The position numbers and the translations under genes were made by a program. This document shows, piece by piece, positions 23,379 through 36,508 of a stretch of 64,000 nt of DNA. A model generated the notes under the pieces. The model had not been told where the DNA came from. It was given only the letters and a program-made list of their open reading frames with translations, and did no database searches. Origin of the DNA: Carcharhinus longimanus (Eukaryota); the NCBI GenBank assembly GCA_030264375.1, contig JASCQW010000150.1:23107407-23171406 (forward strand), in the 5' to 3' direction. The first letter of the stretch is position 1. Every line of letters begins with the position of its first letter.

Positions 23379-23759
23379 GTCATTTTGTGACTTAGGACCT
23401 CGTAATCATATTTTCACCCCAACTCCCATCCAAACCTGGTGCAAGGGCAGATGACAAAATGTTACAGGTTGTAAAATCTGTATCAATTCTTTTTCCATTC
23501 CCATAAAGTTCAAGCTTATAGCTCTTTTGCTACTTGTCCAGAAGGTTCCCACTCTGATTGATGAATGACAGAGGAAATACACAATTAACCATTATTTAAG
23601 TTTGAAACATGCAGTTGAACATGATTGGAAATTTCTCTTCTTTCCAATCCCTCACTGAATTTTTTATACAATGATATTTCACTGGATTGTTGGAAATTGT
23701 TTTAAACCATTGCGGAGCTTTGGGAATATTTATAATTGTTCAGTTGGTTAAAGCCAGGT

Positions 23760-24485
23760 AGCACAGATCAGAAAAATTGTAGGCTCAACCTCTAATTTGC
23801 ACTGAATTCTATCTACCTCTGCCTTAAAAATAGGCAAAGACACTCTGATTCCACTGCCTTTTGAGGAAAAGGGTTCCAAAGACTCACAATCCTCTGAAAG
23901 CAAAATTCTCTCTGTCTTAAAAGAGCGACCATTTATTTTTAAACAGCAACCCACCCCCCCTCAATGTTCTAGATTCTCCCACAAAGCAAAACATCCTCTC
24001 CACATCCACCTTTTCAAGACCCCTTGTGATACTGAAGATTTCAGTTAAATCACCTCTTAGTTTTTTCTGAACTCTGCTGGCTACAAGCCAAGTCTGTCAA
24101 ATCTTTCCTCATAAGACAATCTACCCATTCTAAGTATTAGTTTAGTAAACCATCTGTGAACTGTTTCCAATGTATTTACATCCTTCTTTAAATAAGGAGA
24201 CCAACAAGATACCCCAATGTGATCTCGCCAGTGTTTTGTACAACTGAAGCATAACCTCCCTACTGTTATGTTTAATTCCCCTCACATTAAACAATAACAT
24301 TCTATTAATTATTTGCTGTACCTGCAGTCTAGCCTTTTGTGATTCATGCACCAGGACACCCAGGTCCTTCAGAATCTCAAGAGCTCTGCAATCTCGCATG
24401 AGTTAGATAATGTGCTTCACTTTTATTCTTCATGCCAAAATAGACAATTTCACATTTACACACATTACAATACATTTGTCAGATG
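23760..24485 (-). mobile_element. CR1 LINE 3' portion
   Basis: ORF 24142-24399 KDLGVLVHESQKARLQVQQII..ML....RGIKHNSREVMLQLYKTLARSH is the CR1 ORF2 C-terminal region. Confidence 0.9.
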
Positions 24486-25329
24486 AGGGCCCGGGAAAAC
24501 CAAGGGTGATTTCTTTTGACTGATATCCAGCAATCCCTACTGGAAGCATGTGGGTACAAGATGAGGACAAATTTGGATGTAGCTGCAATGCCCCACTGAT
24601 TTAACAGTTTGTAAACACTTGCTATCCAGACTTATGAATCAAGAATTTCTGCTTGGGAGAGATACCAGAGGGCACCTGCAAGTTGTAAACCTGTATTGTG
24701 TGAAGTATCCAGTGGCTTCAGGAAATGGTAGAGGACAGAGAGAGAAACTGAAGTGAGGCCAATGTCACTTAAAAGCAGCGTCATGGGCAACAGTCATAAA
24801 AATGCCCAGATCCTGTTAAAGTACACAAAAAAAACCTAGATGATGACACAATTTGCATTGTACTCAGAGACAAGGCCAGCTATCTTACAAAATTCAAGAT
24901 AGGAAAGTAGCTAACAGAATAGCAAAGGATCAAGAGGCATGGTTAGAAATTTGAAACACGTGTTAGTGGGAGAACAGCTAAATTGTGAGAGGTCAAGTGG
25001 ATAAACACTTGGGAAAGTATAATTTGTGAAAGAGTCAAAATGGATTAAGGCAAGGCTTCTAATTTTAAAGATACCACCAATATAAATAAACATATAGCAC
25101 TTCAGAAACAAACACAAGGGCTCAGAATTAAGAGAGTTTCACAGAATTGAGAGTTTAGTGTTTCACAGAAGAAAGACTGAAGGATAGGAAAACAAGGATA
25201 AAACATAAAATGCAACATTGGCGAAGATTACAGAACAGGCCCCATTGGGGGTATGTCTTGCTAACCCAGCTACCTCCAAAACACAGCATCAACTTGGATG
25301 GCATTTCTGATTTCTCAGTGGCCTCAAAA

Positions 25330-25447
25330 TAAGGGGGAGCAGATTTAGGTCTGAGTTGAGCAGGAACTTCTTCACACAAAGGGTTGTGAATCTTTGGAAT
25401 TCCCTGCCCAGTGAAGCAGTTGAGGCTACCTCATTGAATGTTTTTAA
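25330..25447 (+). mobile_element. CR1 LINE 3' fragment (runs into N gap)
   Basis: RNFFTQRVVNLWNSLPSEAVEATSLNVF. Confidence 0.9.
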
Positions 25448-26399
25448 NNNNNNNNNNNNNNNNNNNNNNNNNNNNNNNNNNNNNNNNNNNNNNNNNNNNN
25501 NNNNNNNNNNNNNNNNNNNNNNNNNNNNNNNNNNNNNNNNNNNNNNNAACTGAAAGATACAGCACGAAGAAACTATTAAAGAGGAAACTTAGCGCACTGA
25601 AAAGAAGACCCAGCTTGATGCCATAAGCCGCAAAATATGCCTGGTTCCCCCAAGGACCCAATGTTTACAGTTTTCCTTAGTTGTTGTTCAGTTTTATTTT
25701 TCCACTTTGGATCTTCTGGTTTTAAAGCCCAGTCAGTCTATTTAGATTGCGGTCCAGATGGATAATAATCCAAAAAATAACAAGATAATAATCAGAAGTA
25801 ACACATTTGAAATCACGTTGAAACAAACATTAATGAGCAGGGGAACGAGATGCAAATAATGGCTCTGCAGGGATTTCAAGCCATTTGGAGCACCTGCTTT
25901 ACTAGATTCTTCTTAGCTTTACTGTTGGTGTTAAGATCAAGAAAAAGGATCTATAAAAAGAACGAGCAGTTTTTTGTTTCATTACATAAAATGAGTCTCT
26001 TCTGAGCTTGCCAATAACTATTACATTTTACAGTAGCGTTTCAGAGAAAAGAAAAGCACAAGGTACAGCAGGATGTTTCAGTGACGTAGCATTCGATAAA
26101 ATACTAAAACCAAAGTACAAACAATGAAAATATCAAGGATCTTCCCCTTCAGGTGGTAAGTATCATTAATCTAAGAAAGATCCCAACAAAGCAAAACAAA
26201 GTCTTTCTAATGACCAACTGGAAATCTGGAATTAAAACTGAAAATACTGGAAATACTCTGCCAATCTGACAGCATCTAGAGAGTGGCAATGGCTGGGATT
26301 TTCCAGTCCTGCCATTGTGAGACGGCCCATGAGCTTATTTCCAGACTGGAATGTGGATATCAGCTCTGGCACAAAACCACACATCAATTACCCGAAACA

Positions 26400-27020
26400 G
26401 GGCAGGAATAAAAAAATCTTTGAATGTGGGCATCCATGGCAGATCCTGTGACTGGATAAGCAGTTGGTTTAAAAATAACAGGGTGGAGTGTGCTGGTTCT
26501 TTAACTGCAAGCAGGTCCATGTACTGCAGACAGGTGATAAATTGACACGTGGAAAATACCATATATTGAGAAGTGAGACCGTTATACAACAAAGTTTGTG
26601 GAATTGGCACAAGGAGATTTGAAAAGGGCCTGGGAGTAGTAAGCAGTGTTGAGACAATGTAGAATAACAATTTCAAAACAGCAAACAAAATATTGGGATT
26701 CACATCCAGAACACAGGAACCTAGGTCAATTGTGATCATGCTAAGATCTTATGATGCGCAGAGCAGTCCACACTTCAATTAATGTGCAAATAACAAGTAT
26801 CACACTAAGTGCTAGCGAATGAGCTATGAGGGAAGAGTGGAAAAGCTTAACTTTTACATCCAAAGAAATCAAGACACATATAAATTTTAAATGGCATGGG
26901 TATGGTGAAGCCAGAATACTACTTCAAGAAAGAACACATCGGTAGAGCAAGTGCATATAAATTTACATTAGTGAACTGTAAAGTTAAAACAAATGAATTA
27001 ACAAATGTGTTAACCAATGG
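26400..27020 (+). mobile_element. Old degenerate CR1 ORF2 fragment
   Basis: GI.G.SCDWISSWFKNNR.. and KTANKILGF..RT remnants. Confidence 0.6.
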
Positions 27021-28445
27021 CTATCAAAATGATGGAGATCAACGTGAAACTGTATCCTCAACTGCTCTACTTGCTGAAATCTTTACCTTCCCATTCACAA
27101 ACATCTGTTAATTCAGTGCTTGCTCTTGTGAAACCTTTTCACCATTCTTCCTACTTCTAAAACTCTTCAGTAAAGCCCATCTCTTCATTCAAGCTGTTGA
27201 TCTGCCTCCCACATTCTTCTCCCTCCTGCTCCATGCCCACCTCTGAGCTGTGGCTATGCCTTGGTTACAGAACTTAGTTTCCCAGTTTTGATCAAAGCTT
27301 CGGATGACTACTGGAAAGGCAGTAAGATGAGGCCCCAGTTGAAAATGGAATGTACCAAATCAAACAAGAATTCCCCACTTACCCTCACAGGTCTATAATA
27401 ATAAGCTCCGAACAGGCACCGACTGGCTGAATTGCACAGTCAGTTCATGGGCCACTTCAAACTGATGTCAGCAACAAGGACAATTCCAAACTAAATCACC
27501 AGCTTCCTTTGTTTTGTTGTAAGAGGTTGGGAACATTTTGTGACTAATTGCACAAGGAAACCAAGTGTGTTGACCACCAATGATTTTTAATGATATCCTG
27601 TGTGGGGGAGATTTTCCTGGGCCTGCACCAAATGAATCACGTAGGTGCAGCAAATATCAGAAAAACAGGCAGTTGGAGTTACTGCCTGCAGTGAAACTGC
27701 CCGAGTTTCTTTGATCAATTCAAGTGGAGAAAAACTGGCTGGGATCCTTTATAAGCACACACAATCCCCACCCACCTGATTGTGCGATATATCTTGAGCC
27801 CAGGAAAGCCTCCCTTTTATATCTCCAGGGCTTCACTGTCTTGGAAGTCAAGTTGGCAACACTGCTGGAGGTGTCAGTGCACAGACTAAATATTGCATCA
27901 CCATTAATCTCATCAACACTCTCCCTGGGCTTATTCCTCTCCATTTGCCAATAGTATCATAGCCAAGGAACCTAAAATGGATTTCTGGCAGCTTTCACTG
28001 GAGGCCTTGATCAATAGAATGTGCAATTTGTTTTAAATCTCAGCCTGCTTCTACGTAAATGAAACTACTTCAACGTTGTTGATCAGAAAGATGAGCGCGC
28101 TGCCCGACGGTTGTGCCACGTCCCACCTATGTCTCAACACAACAAAGAATTTCGGACACAGCAAATTAGTTGCAAACTAGAGACAGCGTGTTCCAATTTA
28201 TTTTGGCTCACGTTCTGCAAGCTTGGAATCCAAATCATGCAGCTGTTGTGTGTGCAGGCTGGGAATTAACAAGGACAGGATAGGACAGGGACTGTCTCCT
28301 CACTGAAAGGACAAGCTTAAAAATAAAGCTTAACTGAATTGAGGAGTTTAAATTAGGGGCAGGGCAATGAGTGCTGATTGTACAGCAAAAATACTCATCA
28401 GAAAATCCTATACCTTACAAATATTTGAAGTAAGATTGACCACAA

Positions 28446-28728
28446 GGGCGGCACAGTGGTTAGCACTGCTGCTTCACAGCGTTAGGAACCCAGGTTTGAT
28501 TCCAGGCTGTGTGGAGTTTGTACATCCTCCCTGTGTCTGTGTGGGTTTCCTCCAGGTGCTCCAGTTTCCTCCCACAGTCCGAAAGACATGCTGGTTTGGT
28601 GCATTGGCCCTGCTAACTTCTCCCTCAGTGTTACCCGAACAAATGCTGGTGTGTGGCGACCAGGGGATTTTCACAGTGACTTCACTGCAATGTTAATGTA
28701 AGTCTACTTCTGACATTAATAAATAAAC
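28446..28728 (+). mobile_element. V-SINE with alternative (non-CR1) 3' tail
   Basis: HE1-like head and V-domain, but tail ggggattttcacagtgacttcactgcaatgttaatgtaagtctacttctgacattaataaataaac. Confidence 0.88.
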
Positions 28729-29417
28729 ACATGGCATTCATCAATAAATGAAGAAGTTCTCACATTGTTACTGCAAAAAAAACCTCAACTGTCACCAAAA
28801 TGCTTTATTTTTGTGTGAATCAAGTTTGCATATTCCTAATTGTTCTGTATCTCAAATTATCTCAAGCTGACACTGACCATGATGCAAATACAATGACATA
28901 TGAGAAAACAGGCTGGCCTTGATGAAAGCTGCTCCAACCATGTGCAAACCCTGAACATACACTGGGTCAGAACATTTTGGACAGAAGTTGTGTAAAATAA
29001 TGATGACTCTGGCAGGATGCCCCTGAAATGAGAATCTGAAGGCTGCACGTCTCTGGTTCAGTGCTCTTTAACTACACAGTACTGCTTCCTCTACAGCTTT
29101 CCAGATATCTATTATATCCTGTCAATACAATTAAATTTAGGTGTCAATACTAAAATTCAACATTTGTAAATGATCCACCATTTTATCCAAGTTATATACT
29201 TCAAAGCACTTCAGCTGATGTCGATCAGAAATTTCTCTTTATCTTCAGAACATTGTTCAAATCAGCCTACTGAAGTTTCTTCCCTCAAAAACCTGGGTCA
29301 GGGCTGATCCTTTATAAGGAAATAAACTTGTTTCCTGAATCAAAGATTAAAAATTGTCCTGTTTCAGCTTCCACCAAGTTCTGTCAGTGCTACAAAGTAA
29401 ATAAATTCAGCAGTCCT

Positions 29418-29627
29418 CATAGAATCAGAGACTCCCTACAGTGCAGAAGGAGGCCATTTGGCCCATCAACCCTTCAAAGAGCACCCCACCTAGGTTCACA
29501 CCCCATCTCAGCAACCCAGCACATCCATCAAAACTAATCCACCTAACCTACACACTAGGGGCAGTTTAGCATGGACAATCCACCTAACTTGCATACCTTT
29601 GGACTGTGGAAGAAAACCAGGGCACCC
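29418..29627 (-). mobile_element. HE1-type V-SINE 3' half
   Basis: catagaatcagagactccctacagtgcagaaggaggccatttggccc...tttagcatggacaatccacctaac. Confidence 0.85.
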
Positions 29628-29883
29628 AGTTTCCTCCCATAATCCTTTTTCTCCCCACAGTCCTGTTTTATCAAAGCCAACCAAACTGACTTTGTAACCA
29701 AAAACAATCTGATTTTTCTGCATTCATGCCTCAAACATCAAGACTCACTGACATGGATACAAATATAAGGACAAAGACCTTTATACATGGAACTATTTTC
29801 AAATAATTCAGACTCAGTCCAAGCACTGATATTCATATATCGGAAAGACACATTGCTTGAAATATGCTTGAGAAAAAGTCCTT

Positions 29884-29980
29884 GGATGGAATTTTCCAGC
29901 CCCATTGTGGCATGACCCGCCGCAGGAGATTTGGAGCCTAAAGCCCATTGAATTTGGGCAGGACTGGATAATCTTGGCGG
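29884..29980. mobile_element. Short MITE
   Basis: ggatggaattttccagccc ... ggactggataatcttggc degenerate TIRs of the same type as 6414-6551. Confidence 0.55.
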
Positions 29981-30055
29981 TGATGTGGGTATGCCGGCGT
30001 TGGACTGGCGTAAACACAGTAAAAAGTCTGACAACACCAGGTTTTAGTCCAACCT
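29981..30055 (-). mobile_element. PLE-associated terminal repeat (runs into N gap)
   Basis: tgatgtgggtatgccggcgttggactggcgtaaacacagtaaaaagtctgacaacaccaggttttagtccaacct; its end overlaps the sequence at 1-12. Confidence 0.8.
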
Positions 30056-30236
30056 NNNNNNNNNNNNNNNNNNNNNNNNNNNNNNNNNNNNNNNNNNNNN
30101 NNNNNNNNNNNNNNNNNNNNNNNNNNNNNNNNNNNNNNNNNNNNNNNNNNNNNNNGTTATTTGGAAAGTTGCAACATACTTGAAGGTCTCAGATTACACC
30201 ATAAATGGCAAGAAGGAAGGCTGAGAGATTTCTATC

Positions 30237-30554
30237 TTTTATTTATACTCACAATTACATTAGGTTTACAAGTAGGCTTACATCAACACTGCAACGCAGT
30301 CACTGTGGAAAACTCCTAGATGCCACACTCCGGCGCCTGTTCAGGTACACTGAAGGAGAATTTAGCATGGCCAATACACCTAAGCAGCACATCTTTCAGA
30401 CTGTGAGAAGAAATTGGAACACCCGAAAGAAACCCACTCAGACACAGGGAGAACCTGCAAACTCCCCACAGACAGTCAGACGAGGCCAGGAATTGAACCT
30501 GGGTCCCTGGTGCTATGAGGCAGCAGTGCTAACCACTGTGCTATTGTGCCACCC
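30237..30554 (-). mobile_element. V-SINE with alternative tail
   Basis: Reverse complement matches 28446-28728 (acaagtaggcttacatcaacactgca...gcagcagtgctaaccactgtgc). Confidence 0.88.
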
Positions 30555-31096
30555 AGAACCTAAAACACTCTCCTTTATTTTAATATGATAAAATATAAGG
30601 TTTCATTTGTTTGACGATAACTTTATTCTGTTTATAGTTAATTATTGTGTTGTTGGGGGCTCTTAAAATGCTCCTACCTTATGATGCATAATGGCAATTC
30701 TCAGAAGGGCATTAGCAAGCTTGACTGTACTGGAGTTTTTGGAGATTTCATCTATTCTCAATGAGCACAACAACGATTGCAAAGTCTTCCTGTGAATACA
30801 AGTGGTTAATACCTGTTTAGGGACTAGACTGAAGGATCCAGCAAAATGCTACAGTCAAAGTGGTCAAGTACTCTATGGTGCAGGATGCTTTTCAAGGTAC
30901 TGGGCAAGTGCTACAAGTGACTTGGTACGGAAAGCAACTAGTCAGGAATCAATAAGGTAGGTTGTAAAACTGAATTGATATTCTGGAGTGAATGGATTTT
31001 ATTCAATTACATCTGGTGTTTCAAAAGCTTATAATTAAAAAAAAAGTTTGAGTGCCTTGAGTATCAGCAGCAGCACACTACCACGACTTACTAAAG

Positions 31097-31180
31097 CAGT
31101 AAGAAGTCTCACAACACCAGGTTAAAATCCAACAGGTTTGTTTGGTATCAGAGCACAGCTCCTTCATCAGGTGAGTGGAG
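31097..31180 (-). mobile_element. PLE-associated repeat with a deleted hammerhead core
   Basis: Minus strand cac-CUGAUGA-A-GGAGC-UGU-GCUCU-GA joined directly to taccaaacaaacctgttggatt; the GAAA-stem III segment is missing. Confidence 0.75.
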
Positions 31181-31394
31181 TGAGCAGCGATCTGAAAACT
31201 CGTTCCCTCTAGATTTGACTATTCCAATGTTCTCCTAGTCGGCTTCCCATCTTCCCAAAGTGGGCGGGTTAATGCAAGGGTTCAGAGGAGAGTCAGGGCT
31301 ATAAGTGACATGAGATAGAGAGAGAGAGAGATCGAAAGAGAATCTGGAATGAAAGCAAGGTGAAACAGAGTGAGAGTTCAGAGGGCTGAACGTA

Positions 31395-32045
31395 AGTCAA
31401 GGATGTCGATGAGGGGCTGCAGAGCATCCTGAGGGGAGGTCAACTGCCTATAGTCATGGTGCACATCAATACCAACGAAATAAATAGACGGAAGGATCTG
31501 ATCCTGACATAGGAATTTAAAGAGCTAGGTAGAAAATTAGCAAGCAGCACCTTAAAAGTGGTAATCTCTGGATTACTCCCAGTGCTACACCAAGTGAGTA
31601 CGGAAATAGGAAGAAAAGACAGATGAATGCATGGATGAAAAATTCCCCTGCAAACAGCTTCCTGGGGCATTGAGACTGCCCCTGGGGGAAATGGGACCCA
31701 TACAGGTTTCACCTGAACAGAATTAGAAATCTAATGTCGGGGGAGGGGGGGGGGGTGACGTTGTTAAATATTCCAGAAAGACAGAGAAAGTTGTAAAAGA
31801 GGAGGGGTGATGAAGCACTGCAGTGCTGGTGAAAGGCGTTGACCCTGAGTGATCAAAGGCAGAATCTTTTGGCCAGTGCTAAGGAACAAGGAAGGTGCAA
31901 TTACATTACTTGGTGCAGTCTACAAGCTGTCAACTAGTGGGAAGAATGTAGAAGAACAAATTTGCAAGAAGTTACAGAAAGTTGCAAAAATTATAAGGAG
32001 TTATAATGGGGGACTTTAATTATTGAAATATTAACTGGGATAATA
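31395..32045 (+). mobile_element. CR1 LINE 5' portion: ORF1 SGNH-esterase and ORF2 APE endonuclease remnants
   Basis: LQSILRGG..PIVMVHINTNEI...EFKELGRKLASSTLKVVISGLLPV (ORF1) and VIMGDFNY.NINW (APE), with stops. Confidence 0.85.
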
Positions 32046-32130
32046 ATTTAAACGTTCCAGGTTTCCCACTGGCATGGGCACTTAGCCCCAGTTTGAGAGG
32101 AGTGTAGCCATTGGCTTCTTGTCTGACAAT

Positions 32131-32334
32131 GGCTGAAATTCTCTGGCCCTCCTTCAGTGAATTTCTTGGTAGCAGGAGACAGCGCACCATTCACTGGTGG
32201 TGGGATCTTCTAATCCCGCCACTCTCAAGTGAAATTCCCACTGAAGCCACCTCCAGGGAACCCACTGTAGGGGGGGCGCACCATCTGTGAGACCAAAGAA
32301 TCCCGCCGGTTTGAATGGCCAGAGAATTCTGGTC
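32131..32334. mobile_element. MITE (Harbinger-like TIRs)
   Basis: ggctgaaattctctggcc ... ggccagagaattctggtc. Confidence 0.75.
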
Positions 32335-32880
32335 TTCATTTCAAAACTCCAGTCCTTGCTTTCAAATCAGCCCATGGGTTTGCCGCTCCCTATCTCTGTA
32401 ACTTCCTTCAGCCCCACAACCCTTCGGCACATTGGCACGTGGATTTACACTACTGCCTCATAGTGCCGGGGATCCTCGTTCAATTCCGGCCTTGGGTGAC
32501 TGTTTGGAATTTGTACGTTCTTCCCGTGTCTGCGTGGGTTTTCTCCGGAACCCCACTCTGGTTTCTTCCCATAGTCCAAAGATGTGCAGGTTAGATGGAT
32601 TGGCCATGCTAAACTGCCTCTTTGTGAGGTTAGGGGATTAGCAGAGTAAATACGTAGGGTTATGAGGCTAGGCCTGGGAGGAGCTCTGGCTGAATGACCT
32701 CCTTCTACACTGTAAGGATTGTATGATTCTACGACCTGAACTTCTCCAATTCTGGTCTTGTACACATCCTGCCTGTGCCCTAAGCTCTGGAATTCCCTCC
32801 TTAAGCCTCTCCATCTTTTCAGCTCTCTCTTCTCCTTTAAAATGCTCTTTAACCCCTACCTCCTACAAATAGCTTGATAA
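32335..32880 (+). mobile_element. L2 LINE 3' fragment split by a SINE
   Basis: FK...LAFKSAHGFAAPYL-like segment before the SINE and LWNSLL.PL after it. Confidence 0.65.
32426..32733 (+). mobile_element. HE1-type V-SINE
   Basis: Head, V-domain and tail gaatgacctccttctacactgtaaggattgtatgattctacg. Confidence 0.88.
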
Positions 32881-33940
32881 TCATTTGGGATAATTGTGCC
32901 AGGTAGAGTAGCAGAATGAAAGGCATGAGGTGGATTCAAAATGCAGTTGATTGTTGAAGTGTGATATCTGATTTACTGGAAAGAGCTGCTTTGAGTGGCC
33001 TTTTATAGTTATTGAAATTTTCATCTATTTTTCTATCTATTATGTTCATTTGCCGTATTTGTTGGGAGCACCTAGTCTCACGAAAGTCCACAATTTAGTT
33101 CCATTAACTTCCATCTTGCAAGAACAAAGACCAGTCAAAACCTTTTATTACTTTCTGCTGTGGGACCAGCAACACATTCTTATCAAGGTTTCAGATTCAC
33201 TGTGATTGCTTTGACTAGGGCCTAGGACAAAATCTGATGCAGTGGGAGGCCTATGTAAAATACATTAATGAATATTATCAGGTTATGTTGTTTGAAAAAT
33301 ATGAAGACATCTCCTGTAAAAAAGATGACTGCCTGTTACTATCTGCTGAAGGAGCAGGAGAGACACATGCTGATTTATTTCATTAACTGGATAAGGCTTT
33401 GCTGCGCCAGCCCTAAAAGGTTAACACTTTACTGCATGTCTGGCTAGTCTCTGTCTGATCTACAGGAAATGTCAGAGGAAGTGTTTCGGGAAGGAAGAGT
33501 GCTGCCTTCGTTTCTACTGCATCAACAGTGCTAAGATAGCAAACATACTACCTTCCATTAAAGGAAACACAGTGAGTTCGTGCAGCTCTACAGACCCAAT
33601 GTTAACTTCAAAACAAAAATCACCTTCATTAAAACAATACTTTTATCTGTTTGCCCACTGTACGCTTAAAATTCTAATGTGCAATTTGCTTTTAGCAATA
33701 GCTCCTAAAGTAAAGCCTCTCTGAAGGCAGCTATCAAAGGATATCTTCCAGGCCAGCTGGTAAAGACCTTGATGTAGACTTTCACTTTATTTACAATTGG
33801 AAATGCCTTTTTCATATCACCACCGACAGCACAGTATCAACAGCATAAAGCTCTGCTGATAGAATTAAGTGAAACTACTTTATAAAGCTGTTTCAGTGCT
33901 TACATAGACTAATCAAAGACTAAAATGCATTTTTTAATGT

Positions 33941-33994
33941 TAATCTCTACCACCATTACATCCTAATTAATCTCTACCACCATTACATTCTAAC
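33941..33994. repeat. 27-bp tandem duplication
   Basis: taatctctaccaccattacatcctaat / taatctctaccaccattacattctaac. Confidence 0.9.
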
Positions 33995-35357
33995 TAATAA
34001 CTTGTTTGGTGATTACATAAAGGGCGTGGGACAATGAATTTGTTGCAGATAGTGAATTTAAGCAAGGAGTACTCAAATAAGCTGCCGGCCTTTAGCAAAG
34101 GGATTTTAGCTCTTTCTTGGTGATAAATACAGTTATTTGACACAGTGAGAGAGATTCTACTTTCCTTTTGCCCCTTCTCATCTCCTTATTCCTTCTCGCC
34201 ATTCCAAACTACAGTCTCCACTGTTCCGCCTCCTTACAATCTAAGTCATTCATTTAAGCAGTGCTTCTATCAGAAGGTTTGTCTCATTTCTGCCAGTTTA
34301 GGTTGGCAGACCGGTGAAAGTCATCCTTTGAGGGGAGGGATATGATAGCTCAACTACTTGAGATTTGAACTGAGTATCCTAGACAGAGGTCCAATCCTGG
34401 CACTGGTTCACCTGACTGTTACTACTTTGGGAAACTTAAAAATAAGTCAAGATGATGACAGGGTAATACAAGCAGTGGCATCGTCTGGTGTGATGCATGT
34501 GCTTTAGGCTGCAATCTTTCACGTAATGAATTCTGAATTCCAGCTATGGCATCTTCAGGAGTTGCTGCATGAAGGCCAAGAATTTACTCACAGGGAAAAG
34601 AAAACAAAAGTTGGAGGAAGGATCACCAGAGCTGTTCTTGTGCAATTGGCGAGTAGCATTGATAAGAGTCTGATGGCAGGTTATCTGCCATGTCTGGTAA
34701 TGGTACAAGGCATGAAAGAGGAAATAATCTTAAATGCAGAAACTAATTAAGACCAAAACAGAGGGAAAAAAAAATGCAAAAATAAATGTAACTGAACATA
34801 AATGCTCACAAAATGAGTAAGACATAAAATACTAGGGCATAAACAAATAGTTTCTACAAGTATGAGGCAGACTAACAGCCCACAGTGAGTTTCTAATGTG
34901 CTTCAATAGCAGAGTTCTGCTTTATAATCTAAAACCAGTCTCAGGTCACGTAGTCACTTCCATTAACAGTCTTGGTACGAAGCAAAAAAAAAGAGATGAT
35001 GGTGTACCTCTGCCCTGTTGAATAATTGAAGAATTTATAGAGTAGTTTTTTTTTTAATTTGGTGGATACTAATAAGACATAAATTAATAAGAAAGCTGAA
35101 ACACACTGTGTAGACAAAATATTTTTCTGCATAGATCCCAAATTCATAAGTCTCCCTTTATTGTGAGTATGCTGGTCTGAATAAATATTCTCATAGCCTT
35201 ACATGTAGATAGCAGTCATTAAACAAATGAAAGCTAAAACTTTTCATTTCCACATTTCATCGAAAAAGGTAAATAAAATTGAAATTCAAAAGAATAAAAT
35301 AATAATGGGCTCATATGTAGTAGTATTGCTGTAGAGAAGATAGATCAGCTGTATATA

Positions 35358-35654
35358 GTGGCACAGTGGTTAGCACTGATGCCTCACAGTGCCAGGGACA
35401 CAGGTTCAATTCTGGCCTTGGGTAATTGTCAGTTCGGGGTTTGCACCTTCTCCCTGTGTCCGGGTTTCCTCCAGATGCTCCAGTTTCCTTCCACAGTCCA
35501 AAGATGTGTGGGTTAGATTGATTGGCCATGGTGAATTGCCCTTCAGTGTCAAGGGGATTAACAGGATAAATGCATGGGGTGCAGGGATAGGATTGTTGTT
35601 GGTGCAAGCTTGGTAGGCTGAATGGCCTCCTTCTGCACTGTAGGGATTCTATGA
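35358..35654 (+). mobile_element. HE1-type V-SINE
   Basis: Head, V-domain and CR1-type tail. Confidence 0.9.
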
Positions 35655-36437
35655 TATTTTGTTTTGGGGAATAGAGGATCAAGAATATGGAATTGCAACT
35701 ATTCAACCCGCCTAATGCATTGTAATAGGGTGCACAATAATTCTGTATAATTTATTCTGACTAATGCATATTTTTAGAATAAATCATTTACATGCTGTGT
35801 AAATAGCATGTTACATGGTTGGTTTTCAGGTGTTAATTCCAATGTAAATACTGTTAGCCTGGGGGCGGAGGTGGGGGGGACCGGGATGAAAAGCGATGAG
35901 GATGGANNNNNNNNNNAAGTCCACCAAGCGTGAAAAAGCAGCATTTAGTCAGAAAACCACATTCATAGTACAATGAAACACACAGCTCCTGCAGGCCTGC
36001 TGAAGAATAAGGAATTTTTAATATGCTTTGCACTTACCTGCAAACAGACTGATATGTTTACACAAGGTTCCAACTGCCATGAACCAAGAAATATTGTGAG
36101 AAATTCTGACTGCGTGAATATCAATTTCTGATTTTTACGCACACCTTGCTTAACTGGCCAGGGATGCACCACAGGTGAAACTGTTTGGTGTCGGAAGGTC
36201 TGGGGTGAGGAAAGAGTTGGGGAGGGGAGGGGTGCACATTGTGCCTGACTTCCTCCCCAGCTATTTGACTATAGTATCCAATATATTTTTCTGTTTCTCC
36301 AAAGCATTATTGTATTAGTGAAATTTAAAAATTTAAANNNNNNNNNNNNNNNNNNNNNNNNNNNNNNNNNNNNNNNNNNNNNNNNNNNNNNNNNNNNNNN
36401 NNNNNNNNNNNNNNNNNNNNNNNNNNNNNNNNNNNNN

Positions 36438-36508
36438 CCCGAAAGCTTGTGAGAATATTATCAAATAAATAGGTTGGACTAAAACCTGGTGTTGTCAGAC
36501 TTTTTACC
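36438..36508 (+). mobile_element. PLE-associated repeat; 3' half of hammerhead, 5' half in N gap
   Basis: cccGAAAGCTTgtgagaatattatcaaataaataggttggactaa matches the reverse complement of 1-42. Confidence 0.85.
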
